A DNA stretch of 64,000 bases from NCBI GenBank assembly GCA_963843795.1, contig CAWJLW010000006.1, forward strand, positions 1,302,001-1,366,000, given 5' to 3'. Below are positions 9,588 to 18,058 of the stretch, piece by piece (position 1 is the first letter of the stretch; every line of letters starts with the position of its first letter). The translations under genes and the position numbers were made by a program. The stretch comes from an uncultured bacterium (lineage in GTDB: Bacteria; Armatimonadota; Abditibacteriia; Abditibacteriales; Abditibacteriaceae). The notes beneath the pieces are model-generated. The model did not search any database. It saw only the letters and a list, made by a program, of their open reading frames with translations, and had not been told where the DNA came from.

Positions 9588-10280
9588 TTGCAAGTACTTG
9601 CTGTGTGCCTCCTGTTGTTCATCAGCGGCTGCAAACCTTCGCCTTCAATTCCGCTTTACGATGTGCCCGCGTTAATGGGAAAAACCATTGACGAAGCCAC
9701 GCAAAAATTGGGGCCACCCAAGCGCGAAGAAAACGGGCCGGATGGACTGCCGCGCCGCGTGTGGATCAAAAATGATGTCACGCTGTGGGCAAACTGGAAA
9801 GCGCAAAGCGGGCGCATCACGCGCTGGGGCCTAGAAGCGCGTGGCGATTCCAACGCGCTCAGCGAAGAAAATCGCGGCGATTTGCTGACAATTATTCAGG
9901 CGACGGAAACCGACCCACGTTACAGCGTGCAATGGACGGAATCGGCGCAGCGTCCGCTACATTACACCGGCGCGATGATTGTGCCCGCGCCGCAAAATCA
10001 CACGGTGAAATTCGTCGTCAAAGGCTCGGAATCAATGCTCGCCGTCCGAATACAGCCTGCGCCGCCGGAAATTCCCAACGGTTTTTTGCTGACCATTCCG
10101 CCGTGGGAAACTACCTTTGAAGCGTCCGATGATGCCAAACTTTCGCTTTCGGCCAGCTTGCGCGAACGCACCGCGCGCACCGGTACTTACAAAATGACCG
10201 TCGAAATCGAAGTCGATGGAAAAGTGGTGCAAAGCCAAACTTCATCCAACCTGACGACCAGCGCCGAATTCGAAATTTAA
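9588..10280 (+). CDS. Hypothetical lipoprotein
   Basis: Lipobox-like 'LLLFISGC'. The only plausible start not overlapping the GNAT gene is TTG at 9588, which runs into a palindrome copy. Confidence 0.6.
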   Translation: MQVLAVCLLLFISGCKPSPSIPLYDVPALMGKTIDEATQKLGPPKREENGPDGLPRRVWIKNDVTLWANWKAQSGRITRWGLEARGDSNALSEENRGDLLTIIQATETDPRYSVQWTESAQRPLHYTGAMIVPAPQNHTVKFVVKGSESMLAVRIQPAPPEIPNGFLLTIPPWETTFEASDDAKLSLSASLRERTARTGTYKMTVEIEVDGKVVQSQTSSNLTTSAEFEI

Positions 10281-10286
10281 GCCAAC

Positions 10287-12215
10287 ATGAACCAAACTCC
10301 CACGGAACTTTTAAAGCAACATTTCGGATTCAGCACTTTCCGCGACGGTCAGCAGCAAGTCATCGACGCCATTTTGAATGATGGGCGCGCCTTAGCAATT
10401 TTTCCAACCGGCGGCGGCAAATCTCTTTGTTATCAACTGCCCGCTTTAGCGCTCGAAGGCGTGACTTTAGTGGTTTCGCCTTTGATCGCTTTGATGAAAG
10501 ATCAGATTGATTTTCTGCAAAGTCGCGGCATTGCCGCCGCACGTTTGGATTCAAGTTTAGATTTCGCGCAAACGCGCGCGGTAAACGACGATTTGCGCAG
10601 CGGTCAGTTGAAACTGCTTTATGTCGCGCCCGAACGTTTCAATAACGAACGTTTTTTGAACATTCTCAAAAGCGCGCCGATTGCGCTCATGGCGGTCGAT
10701 GAAGCGCACTGCATTTCCGAATGGGGCCACAATTTTCGGCCCGATTATCTCAAACTCGCCCGCATCGCGCGCGACCTGGAGATTCCGCGTTTGCTGGCTC
10801 TGACCGCGACCGCAACGCCGCCCGTCGCGCAAAGCATTTGCGAAGGTTTCGAAATTCCGCAAGCGCACGCAATCAATACTGGTTTCTATCGCCCGAACCT
10901 GCAAATGTGCTTGACGCCATTACAATCGCGACAGCGCGAAAGTTTGCTCTTGAAACGTTTGCAAAGCCGCGCACCCGGTTCGACGATTGTTTATGTCACT
11001 TTGCAACGCACAGCCGAAGACATCGCCAGTTTTTTGGAGAGACACGGCCTGAGTGCGCGCGCTTATCACGCGGGCATGAATTCCGAAGTGCGCAACGAAG
11101 TGCAGGAATGGTGGATGGCGGGCGACAATCGCATCGTGGTGGCGACAATCGCGTTTGGTATGGGCATCGACAAGTCGGATGTACGCTATGTTTATCATTT
11201 CAATTTGCCCAAAGGTTTGGAAAGTTACGCGCAGGAAATTGGGCGTGCCGGACGCGACGGTGCGCCTTCGACCGTCGAACTTTTGGCGTGCCGCGATGAT
11301 GTTCCTGCGCTGGAAAACTTCGTTTTTGGCGATACGCCGCCGCGCCAATCTTTGGAAGCTCTGGTACAAACGGTTTTAAATTCAGAGGATGAATTTAATT
11401 TCAAGGAAACCGATTGGTCGGGCCAGTTCGATTTGCGACCTTTGGTCTTGAAAACTGCCTTGACTTACCTCGAACTGGATGGCATTGTGCGTCAGGGCAC
11501 GCCGTTTTATGCGGGCTATGAAATGCAGCCCAAAGCGCCATCGGAAGAAATTTACGCCGCATTTGGCGAAAAAGCGGGCGATTTCCTGCGCCGATTATTC
11601 GAAACTGCCAAAGTTGGGCGCATCTGGTGGAAAATTGAACCCGAAAGCGCGATGCAAGTACTTGCCTGCAAACGCGAACATATCGTGCGCGCGATGGGCT
11701 TATTGGAGGAGCGCGATTTGGCAATTGTGCGCGCGGCGGACGTGCGCCAGCGTTATCATTTGCTGAAGCACGACGCGAACGCTGAACAATTGGTCGATGG
11801 CTTGATGGAACGTTTCGCGCGCCGCGAAAACGTTGAAATTCGCCGCATTAACGACGTTCTCGAACTGGTCGTAAACAATGGTTGCCAGACCAACGCTCTC
11901 GTCGGTTACTTTGGCGAAATGCGACAGGAACCGTGCGGCCATTGTTCGTTTTGCCTCACCCAAAAAGCCGCAATTTTGCCGCCCGCGCCGCCACAAGTCG
12001 ATTTAAATTCAATGATTAATAGAAACGAGTTAGAAAAATTACGTTCAGAGCATTTTGATGCGCTGGGCACGCCGCGCCAAACGGCGCGCTTTTTGTGTGG
12101 CCTGAGCAGTCCGGCTTTGTCGCGCGAAAAGCTGCACAAGCACGAATGGTTTGGCACTTTGGAGACGCAGCGCTTCGGCGTGGTTTTGGAATGGTTAGGA
12201 AAAAATCGAGCGTGA
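10287..12215 (+). CDS. recQ: RecQ-family ATP-dependent DNA helicase
   Basis: 'PTGGGKSLCYQ', DEAH box 'VDEAHCISEWGHNFRPDY', 'QEIGRAGRDG' and Zn-binding 'CGHCSFC'. Confidence 0.92.
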   Translation: MNQTPTELLKQHFGFSTFRDGQQQVIDAILNDGRALAIFPTGGGKSLCYQLPALALEGVTLVVSPLIALMKDQIDFLQSRGIAAARLDSSLDFAQTRAVNDDLRSGQLKLLYVAPERFNNERFLNILKSAPIALMAVDEAHCISEWGHNFRPDYLKLARIARDLEIPRLLALTATATPPVAQSICEGFEIPQAHAINTGFYRPNLQMCLTPLQSRQRESLLLKRLQSRAPGSTIVYVTLQRTAEDIASFLERHGLSARAYHAGMNSEVRNEVQEWWMAGDNRIVVATIAFGMGIDKSDVRYVYHFNLPKGLESYAQEIGRAGRDGAPSTVELLACRDDVPALENFVFGDTPPRQSLEALVQTVLNSEDEFNFKETDWSGQFDLRPLVLKTALTYLELDGIVRQGTPFYAGYEMQPKAPSEEIYAAFGEKAGDFLRRLFETAKVGRIWWKIEPESAMQVLACKREHIVRAMGLLEERDLAIVRAADVRQRYHLLKHDANAEQLVDGLMERFARRENVEIRRINDVLELVVNNGCQTNALVGYFGEMRQEPCGHCSFCLTQKAAILPPAPPQVDLNSMINRNELEKLRSEHFDALGTPRQTARFLCGLSSPALSREKLHKHEWFGTLETQRFGVVLEWLGKNRA

Positions 12216-12241
12216 AAGCGTGCTGCAGGTACTTGCGGCGC
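12215..12241. repeat. Variant palindrome copy; left direct repeat of the WD40 gene
   Basis: AAAGCGTGCTGCAGGTACTTGC (12215-12236) is identical to 13410-13431. Confidence 0.9.
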
Positions 12242-12243
12242 GA

Positions 12244-13371
12244 TCAGCTCAAATCCCAAAATAAAATCGCGTTGTCTCCGCGCGCAAACAAGCGTTTGCC
12301 ATCGGGCGAAAACGCCAGTGCAGGCGGAACGAAAATTCTCGTGGGTGATGACATGCCGATTGAGCGTGTGGCTTTGATGGCACCGGTCACGCTATCGAGC
12401 AGTAGAACTTTGCCTTTCATATATTGATAGGCAGCGATGGTACAATCATCGGGCGAGAAAATGGCATCACAAAATTGCTGATTTTGATAGGTCTTTAAAT
12501 CAAACTTTTGAGCTTTTGTTGTCCACAGTACAATATTTGAGGTTAAATCATAACATCGGATAGGTGCAAAATCTTTATAGTTTTCACTTGAGTTATAGTT
12601 TCCCAGCGAACTAGCAGCAATGAGGCGTGTGCTGTCGGATGAAAACTTCACGCTCGTAGTGTTCTTACTCGGAATGCGATGAAGTAATTTGCCGTTTGCT
12701 GCTGAATATATTTCGATAGGATCATCGTTATCGTAAGGCCCTATGCACGCCACAAATTTTCCATCAGGTGATAAATCTACATCTCGCGAATTCGATGGGC
12801 CACGGCGTTTCCATTGCGTGCGCACTTTCCCATTGCTAGCATCGACAACCCAAAGTTTTTCCCCGCTGGATAGAACAATTGAACGTCCATCGCGTGAGAA
12901 TTCGGCCTCCGAAACAAACTTGGGAAAAGTCCATAAACTTTTTTGTGTGGCGACGTCGTAGAGCGTCCAATTTTCTACCACGCGCGAAAAACCGATTTGT
13001 TTCGCATCGGGCGAAAACGTCAAAGCCTCGATGTCCCAACCATTGGTAAAACCTTTGGCATCGCGCGTATAAACCGGTTCTATTTCGGCAAGTGGCTTTC
13101 CTGTGCGCGCATTCCACAAATGAACTTTTCCACTGCCTTCTTTCCAAGTGCCGTTTTTACCGTTTCGCGCCCCGCCAGTTGCCAAAAGTTCGCCGTTGCG
13201 CGACAACGCCATCGAACGAATATATGTATCGGGCGTGGTCATCAAAACTATTGGCCAGCCCAAAGCGTGACGCACGATTTGGCCGCCAAAAGTCATCGTG
13301 CCTGCGACAAATAAAAACAGTAAGGGCGCTGCCCACAACAGTTTTTCGCTTTTCGTCCACGTTCGTTTCAT
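12244..13371 (-). CDS. WD40/beta-propeller repeat protein with N-terminal membrane anchor
   Basis: Repeated 'FSPDG/FSRDG/LSPDG...LWD' blades; the 3' half is visibly AT-richer. Confidence 0.85.
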   Translation of the reverse strand: MKRTWTKSEKLLWAAPLLFLFVAGTMTFGGQIVRHALGWPIVLMTTPDTYIRSMALSRNGELLATGGARNGKNGTWKEGSGKVHLWNARTGKPLAEIEPVYTRDAKGFTNGWDIEALTFSPDAKQIGFSRVVENWTLYDVATQKSLWTFPKFVSEAEFSRDGRSIVLSSGEKLWVVDASNGKVRTQWKRRGPSNSRDVDLSPDGKFVACIGPYDNDDPIEIYSAANGKLLHRIPSKNTTSVKFSSDSTRLIAASSLGNYNSSENYKDFAPIRCYDLTSNIVLWTTKAQKFDLKTYQNQQFCDAIFSPDDCTIAAYQYMKGKVLLLDSVTGAIKATRSIGMSSPTRIFVPPALAFSPDGKRLFARGDNAILFWDLS

Positions 13372-13406
13372 GACTGCTGTTTAACACACTTTGCCCCAAA
13401 ATTGGC

Positions 13407-13442
13407 AAAAAAGCGTGCTGCAGGTACTTGCAGCGCACTTTT
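13407..13442. repeat. Variant palindrome copy/terminator; right direct repeat of the WD40 gene
   Basis: AAAAAAGCGTGCTGCAGGTACTTGCAGCGCACTTTT. Confidence 0.9.
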
Positions 13443-13448
13443 CGTGTT

Positions 13449-14465
13449 TCAGCGTCGCCATTGATAGCCGAAAGCCAAGTTGACATCGGGCGCGATGTTA
13501 CCGAAAAAAGGCGCGTTGTAGTTGTGATAATCGCCATTTTCGGACAGCGAAAACCAGTAGCTTCTATTGCGCCCAACATCGTGTTTATAGCCTATGGAAC
13601 CGATGACCGACGTGCGGTCGGCGAACGGATTGCCGGTCGTGACGACCCGCGTGGCGGCATCGACCTGCGCAATAATCGACGCGCGGCTGCTGCGTTTCCA
13701 TTCCAAGCCCAAGCCGCCCTGCACGCCGCTGTGGCGCACGTTGGGAATGTTGGAATTGCCGAAAAATGCGCCGCCCGCGCTGGCGAAAATGGCGACCTTG
13801 GGCGCGAATTGATAGCGCGCATCGATTATCGCGCCGCCATCGAAACCGCCGCTGCCCAAAATGTTGCTTCCGCTGCCGGTCGGCAGTTTTATGCCTAAAC
13901 GTACGCCGGAAGCAAATTTGTTATGGGTTAATTGGCGTTGCAGACATATTGTCGTGTCACCCAATCCAAAGGCGCTACCTTGGTCGATTCCAACGCCGTT
14001 GGCATCGCGGAATGAAAAAATCGAGCGATTGTCGGGCGTGTGGCTGCGTCCCTGTGGATTATCCAACCCGTTGCCCTGAATGCCGAGCAGACGATGATAA
14101 GCTTGAATCGGTGCGTCCAGAAATCCACCGTTGCGCGCGGTCAGATTGGCGCGAACGCCGATTTCCCATTTGTGCCCCAAGCCACGCGCGTAAGTAATTT
14201 TCAAACGCTGCGTTTCAAAATCTTCGCGCACGCTTTGGCCTTGCGGCCCATCGTCGGGCAACAGTAAATTGTTGGCGATGTCGAGTTCAGCGCTCCATTG
14301 CACTGAATTACGTTCCAAAATATCGGGATTATGCGCGGGAAAATGCAGAAACGCCGATTGCAAAGGCCGCTCGTTTTCGACTGGGAGTGGGCCGCGCCAA
14401 TCGCTTTGCGCATGTGAAGTTTTTAACGAAAGTGCGCTGAAACAGAGAAGAAGTTGAATTTTCAC
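13449..14465 (-). CDS. DUF3187-like outer-membrane/secreted protein
   Basis: Signal peptide, 'DFETQRL...WEIG...GGFLDAPIQAYH' and an aromatic, beta-strand-like C-terminus. Confidence 0.6.
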   Translation of the reverse strand: MKIQLLLCFSALSLKTSHAQSDWRGPLPVENERPLQSAFLHFPAHNPDILERNSVQWSAELDIANNLLLPDDGPQGQSVREDFETQRLKITYARGLGHKWEIGVRANLTARNGGFLDAPIQAYHRLLGIQGNGLDNPQGRSHTPDNRSIFSFRDANGVGIDQGSAFGLGDTTICLQRQLTHNKFASGVRLGIKLPTGSGSNILGSGGFDGGAIIDARYQFAPKVAIFASAGGAFFGNSNIPNVRHSGVQGGLGLEWKRSSRASIIAQVDAATRVVTTGNPFADRTSVIGSIGYKHDVGRNRSYWFSLSENGDYHNYNAPFFGNIAPDVNLAFGYQWRR

Positions 14466-14507
14466 AGGTTTTAAAATTGTATTTCACGGAGAATTTTTGA
14501 GAAATCT

Positions 14508-14527
14508 TTCTGCAAGTACTTGCAGAA
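14508..14527. repeat. 20-bp palindrome copy
   Basis: TTCTGCAAGTACTTGCAGAA. Confidence 0.9.
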
Positions 14528-14594
14528 GACACTTGCAAAAAATTTCATTTTCCACGTTCTCTGCAGGTTTTTGCACTTCCGCACGAAATGGTGT

Positions 14595-15926
14595 TCAAGC
14601 CAAATGTTTTTTCAGTTGCGACGTTGTAATATCCAACAATTTCGCCGCCACGCTTTCGTCACCATTGGCTTTGAGTAGAGCGCGACGAACGAGATCTTGC
14701 GTGGCTTGTTCGAGCGTGGGCAGTTCGTCCGAAGGCGCGCCGGTCAATAACAAATGGCGTGGTTCGATGTGTTCGTCTTCGGCCAGAATCACGGCGCGCT
14801 CGATGCAGTTTTCCAGTTCGCGGATGTTGCCACGCCACTGCTGCGATTCGAGCATGTGAAGCGCAGCAGAAGAAACTTTCAGATTGTCGCGTCCGGTTTC
14901 TTCACCGTATTTTCGGATGAAATGATCGACTAAACGCGCAATATCTTCGCGGCGTTCGCGTAGCGGCGGCAATTCAATCGGCACGACGTTCAAACGATAA
15001 TATAAATCTTCGCGGAAACTGCCGTCGTTGATGGCTTGCTTTAAATCTTTGTTTGTCGCGGCCAAAATGCGCACATCGACTTTGATGGTTTTTGAACTTC
15101 CGATGCGCTCAAATTCGCGTTCTTGCAAAACTCGCAGCAGTTTCACTTGAACTGGAAGCGCGATTTCGCCAATTTCATCCAGAAAAATCGTGCCGGTGTG
15201 CGCCCATTCAAAGCGTCCGATGCGTTGCGACACTGCGTCGGTAAAAGCGCCTTTTTCGTGGCCGAAAAGCTCATCTTCGAGCAAGTGTTCGGGCAGGGCC
15301 GCGCAGTTGACTTTCACAAAAGGTCGGTCGGCCCGATTAGACTGGTAGTGAATCGTGCGCGCCAGCATCTCCTTGCCGGTGCCACTTTCGCCGGTGATAA
15401 GAACTGTAGCGTTTTGTGTCGCGACTTTGGCCGCCAGAATATAAGCGGCCTGCACGTTTTCGCTCGAACCGACGATGTTGTCGAAATTGTAGCGCGCGCG
15501 CAGTTCGTCGCGCAGATAACGATTGTCGTCGATGAGACGGTTGCGCTCCAAAGCGCGGCGCGCGATGAGTGAAACATCGGCGACGTTGAAAGGCTTGGCG
15601 AGATAATCGTAAGCGCCCAATCGCATCGCTTCGACAGCGGTTTCTTTGGAAGCAAAACCGGTCATGATCACGACTGGCAAGTTGGGTTGGCGGCGTTTAA
15701 TTTCGCGCAAAACCGTGATGCCGGGTCGGTCGGGGAGCTTCATATCGACAAACACCAGGCCGAAATCGTCTTCCTCGGCGTTTTCCAAAGACTGATCGAG
15801 CGTGGCCAAACCATCGTCGCCTTTGTGAGCGCACGTCACACGCAAATCGTCGCGCGACAAGACGTCATCGAACAAATCGCAGATGCTTTTTTCGTCATCG
15901 ATAATAAGAACGCGTGTTCCTGTCAT
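14595..15926 (-). CDS. Sigma-54-dependent response regulator (NtrC/AtoC family)
   Basis: REC domain (IIDDE, D, AKPF), AAA+ 'GESGTGKE', 'GAFTDA', 'FLDEIGE' and a Fis-type HTH. Confidence 0.93.
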   Translation of the reverse strand: MTGTRVLIIDDEKSICDLFDDVLSRDDLRVTCAHKGDDGLATLDQSLENAEEDDFGLVFVDMKLPDRPGITVLREIKRRQPNLPVVIMTGFASKETAVEAMRLGAYDYLAKPFNVADVSLIARRALERNRLIDDNRYLRDELRARYNFDNIVGSSENVQAAYILAAKVATQNATVLITGESGTGKEMLARTIHYQSNRADRPFVKVNCAALPEHLLEDELFGHEKGAFTDAVSQRIGRFEWAHTGTIFLDEIGEIALPVQVKLLRVLQEREFERIGSSKTIKVDVRILAATNKDLKQAINDGSFREDLYYRLNVVPIELPPLRERREDIARLVDHFIRKYGEETGRDNLKVSSAALHMLESQQWRGNIRELENCIERAVILAEDEHIEPRHLLLTGAPSDELPTLEQATQDLVRRALLKANGDESVAAKLLDITTSQLKKHLA

Positions 15927-16165
15927 AACACAATATATAAACCAAAAAATGGGAGTGCGACAAATAGGAGTTGCTTGCAGTGACGATAGTTTAGCAATTG
16001 CCGTGGGCAGTGCCGTTTAGATGCCGACAAAGGGTGCGGAAGGAACATAGCGGAAATGTGATGAGATTGTTAACTTCTTTGGGTGTAAAGCTGCGTATCG
16101 ACTTCAGTTAAAATTCCATATTCCCTTGATGAAAAACGAAAAAAACGAAATGAAGCAGGATTATT

Positions 16166-17740
16166 TTGGCGCTTAATCATCGCCCCAGAAATACGCGTGA
16201 CAGTTCGCGCAGCAGCTTGCGCTTTCGGGGCCGCACGCCGAGCTTTTTCGGCAGCGGCGATGATATGCGCTGGATGGGCGGCGAAGCACTTTCGCGCGGT
16301 CACAATTTTCGCCAGTGGGCGTGGCGATTGGCCATCATATTTTTCCTGCTAAGTCTGTTCACCTCCTTCGCGCGCACGCGTTTGGGCGACACGGTGCCGT
16401 GGCCTGCTGCGCGCGCGTTGCGCATTTGGAACAACATACCGCAATTTAAGCCCACCGCGACCACAAACAGCGCGCCGGTTAGCGCGGCTCAAACCGCGTT
16501 ATCGCTGCCGGTGTTTCTGGGCGAATGGATGCAGCGCTTAGATCCCCAAGAAATCGGCGCGCGTGGTGTGTTGTGGCTGCTGCTGACGTTGATTATTGGA
16601 TTGACACTGTGGTTTGTCCTCGCGCGCGTCGGGCGCTGGCGCGCGCCCGATGTGCCGCTGGCGATTTTGATCTGCCTGCAAGTACTTGCCACTTCGTATT
16701 ATGCGATTAGCTTTCGTGCGCCATTGCGCTGGCTGCAAAGCGACCAAGTGGCGTTCGATTTCCACACGCACACCACGCTTTCCAACGGACTTCTCACGCC
16801 GCAGCAACAAATCGATTGGCACCGTGCGCGCGGCTTCAAAGGTTTAGCGTTTACCGAAACCAATCGTTTGGTTCCGGCTGACACTTTGAATGCTTTGCAG
16901 CTCGCTAACCCCGACATGATTTTAGTGGGCGGGCTGGAATTTCACGCGCGCGATGGACATTTGCTGTGCTTTGGTCTCACGGCACCGTTGCAATCGCAAA
17001 GCGCTGAAACGGCGATTCAAGAAGCTAAAAAACAAGGCGCATTCGTTGTCGTCGCTCACCCGTGGAGTGCACAACGTTCAACCGCTGATTGGCTCAGGCT
17101 GGGCGTTGATGGCGCCGAGGCGTGGAATGGTGTGGTGGGTGATAACGATTTAGCGAAAATCGTCGCTGGTCGGGGCAAAACGGTAACGGGCGGGACCGAT
17201 AGCGTTTCCAAAAGCGGGGCCGATTGTTATGTGTGGAATCTGCTGCCTAAAACTTTGAAGTCGCCTGCGGATGTATTGCAAGCTTTGAAGGCGCGACGCG
17301 TCAGCGTGGCTCGACTGTTGATGAGCGATGAAACGCCTGCAGGATTCCAAGCGCGGCGCGTTGAAAATACGCGCCCAGAAGTCGTGCGGAACGCAGCGGT
17401 GCAGGCGTGGTCGAAATTAGCGCGCGCACAACGTTTGACGGCGCTCTTGCAAATCGCGATGCTGTTGTGCGTTTGTGTTGCCTTGAGTGCGCGCGAACCC
17501 AGAACCAATCATGTGCCGACTGGACCAACGAGCGCGATGTCGTTTTTGCGGCGTCGGCGTTTGGTTCTGCGCTGCTGTGGCATTTTGCTGATCGTGCTGG
17601 CTTTTATCGGCTCAGTGTCTGTGGCGCGTCTGGGATTTGGCGGCGGCGAATTTTGGACGCCTCTGCGCGCGATAATCGGTTGGATCGTGTTGGACGTCGG
17701 ATATTTGTGGGGCAAACGTTTGTGGCGTCGCATACACTAA
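16166..17740 (+). CDS. Membrane protein with PHP-family metallohydrolase domain
   Basis: 'FDFHTHTTLSNG', 'GHLLCFG', 'AHPW' and 'EAWNG' flanked by several TM helices. Start is uncertain. Confidence 0.7.
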   Translation: MALNHRPRNTRDSSRSSLRFRGRTPSFFGSGDDMRWMGGEALSRGHNFRQWAWRLAIIFFLLSLFTSFARTRLGDTVPWPAARALRIWNNIPQFKPTATTNSAPVSAAQTALSLPVFLGEWMQRLDPQEIGARGVLWLLLTLIIGLTLWFVLARVGRWRAPDVPLAILICLQVLATSYYAISFRAPLRWLQSDQVAFDFHTHTTLSNGLLTPQQQIDWHRARGFKGLAFTETNRLVPADTLNALQLANPDMILVGGLEFHARDGHLLCFGLTAPLQSQSAETAIQEAKKQGAFVVVAHPWSAQRSTADWLRLGVDGAEAWNGVVGDNDLAKIVAGRGKTVTGGTDSVSKSGADCYVWNLLPKTLKSPADVLQALKARRVSVARLLMSDETPAGFQARRVENTRPEVVRNAAVQAWSKLARAQRLTALLQIAMLLCVCVALSAREPRTNHVPTGPTSAMSFLRRRRLVLRCCGILLIVLAFIGSVSVARLGFGGGEFWTPLRAIIGWIVLDVGYLWGKRLWRRIH

Positions 17741-17796
17741 AGCTACCGTGAATTCACCGCAGCATGGTTAAATGAGCTGAAGTCGGGTCGGATTAC

Positions 17797-17824
17797 TGTG
17801 GCAAGTACTTGCCACACTGTTTTT
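17797..17824 (+). terminator. Palindrome-based terminator
   Basis: TGTGGCAAGTACTTGCCACA followed by CTGTTTTT. Confidence 0.7.
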
Positions 17825-18058
17825 GATTCTGTCATCGTCGTTGCAAACTTCCAGAGAAACCTGTTATTTGAATTGGCTTGCGCTGTGGTTTCAATTTTGC
17901 TTAGCGCAACCGCTAATTGTCAGATCATTGCTGTTCAACGTGCCTAATTCTCGTCGAATCTCCGAAACTGAATCCCCCATACGTAGTTTGTCAATGTGGC
18001 TTGTTACTGTAGATTGTAAATGTAATGTAGGAAATATAGCTTGTGATCGCTTTTTATT

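Noticed and set aside
15960..16060. Sigma-54 promoter upstream of the NtrC-like gene
   Set aside because: GGCA motifs are present, but there is no convincing TGGCAC-N5-TTGC spacing.
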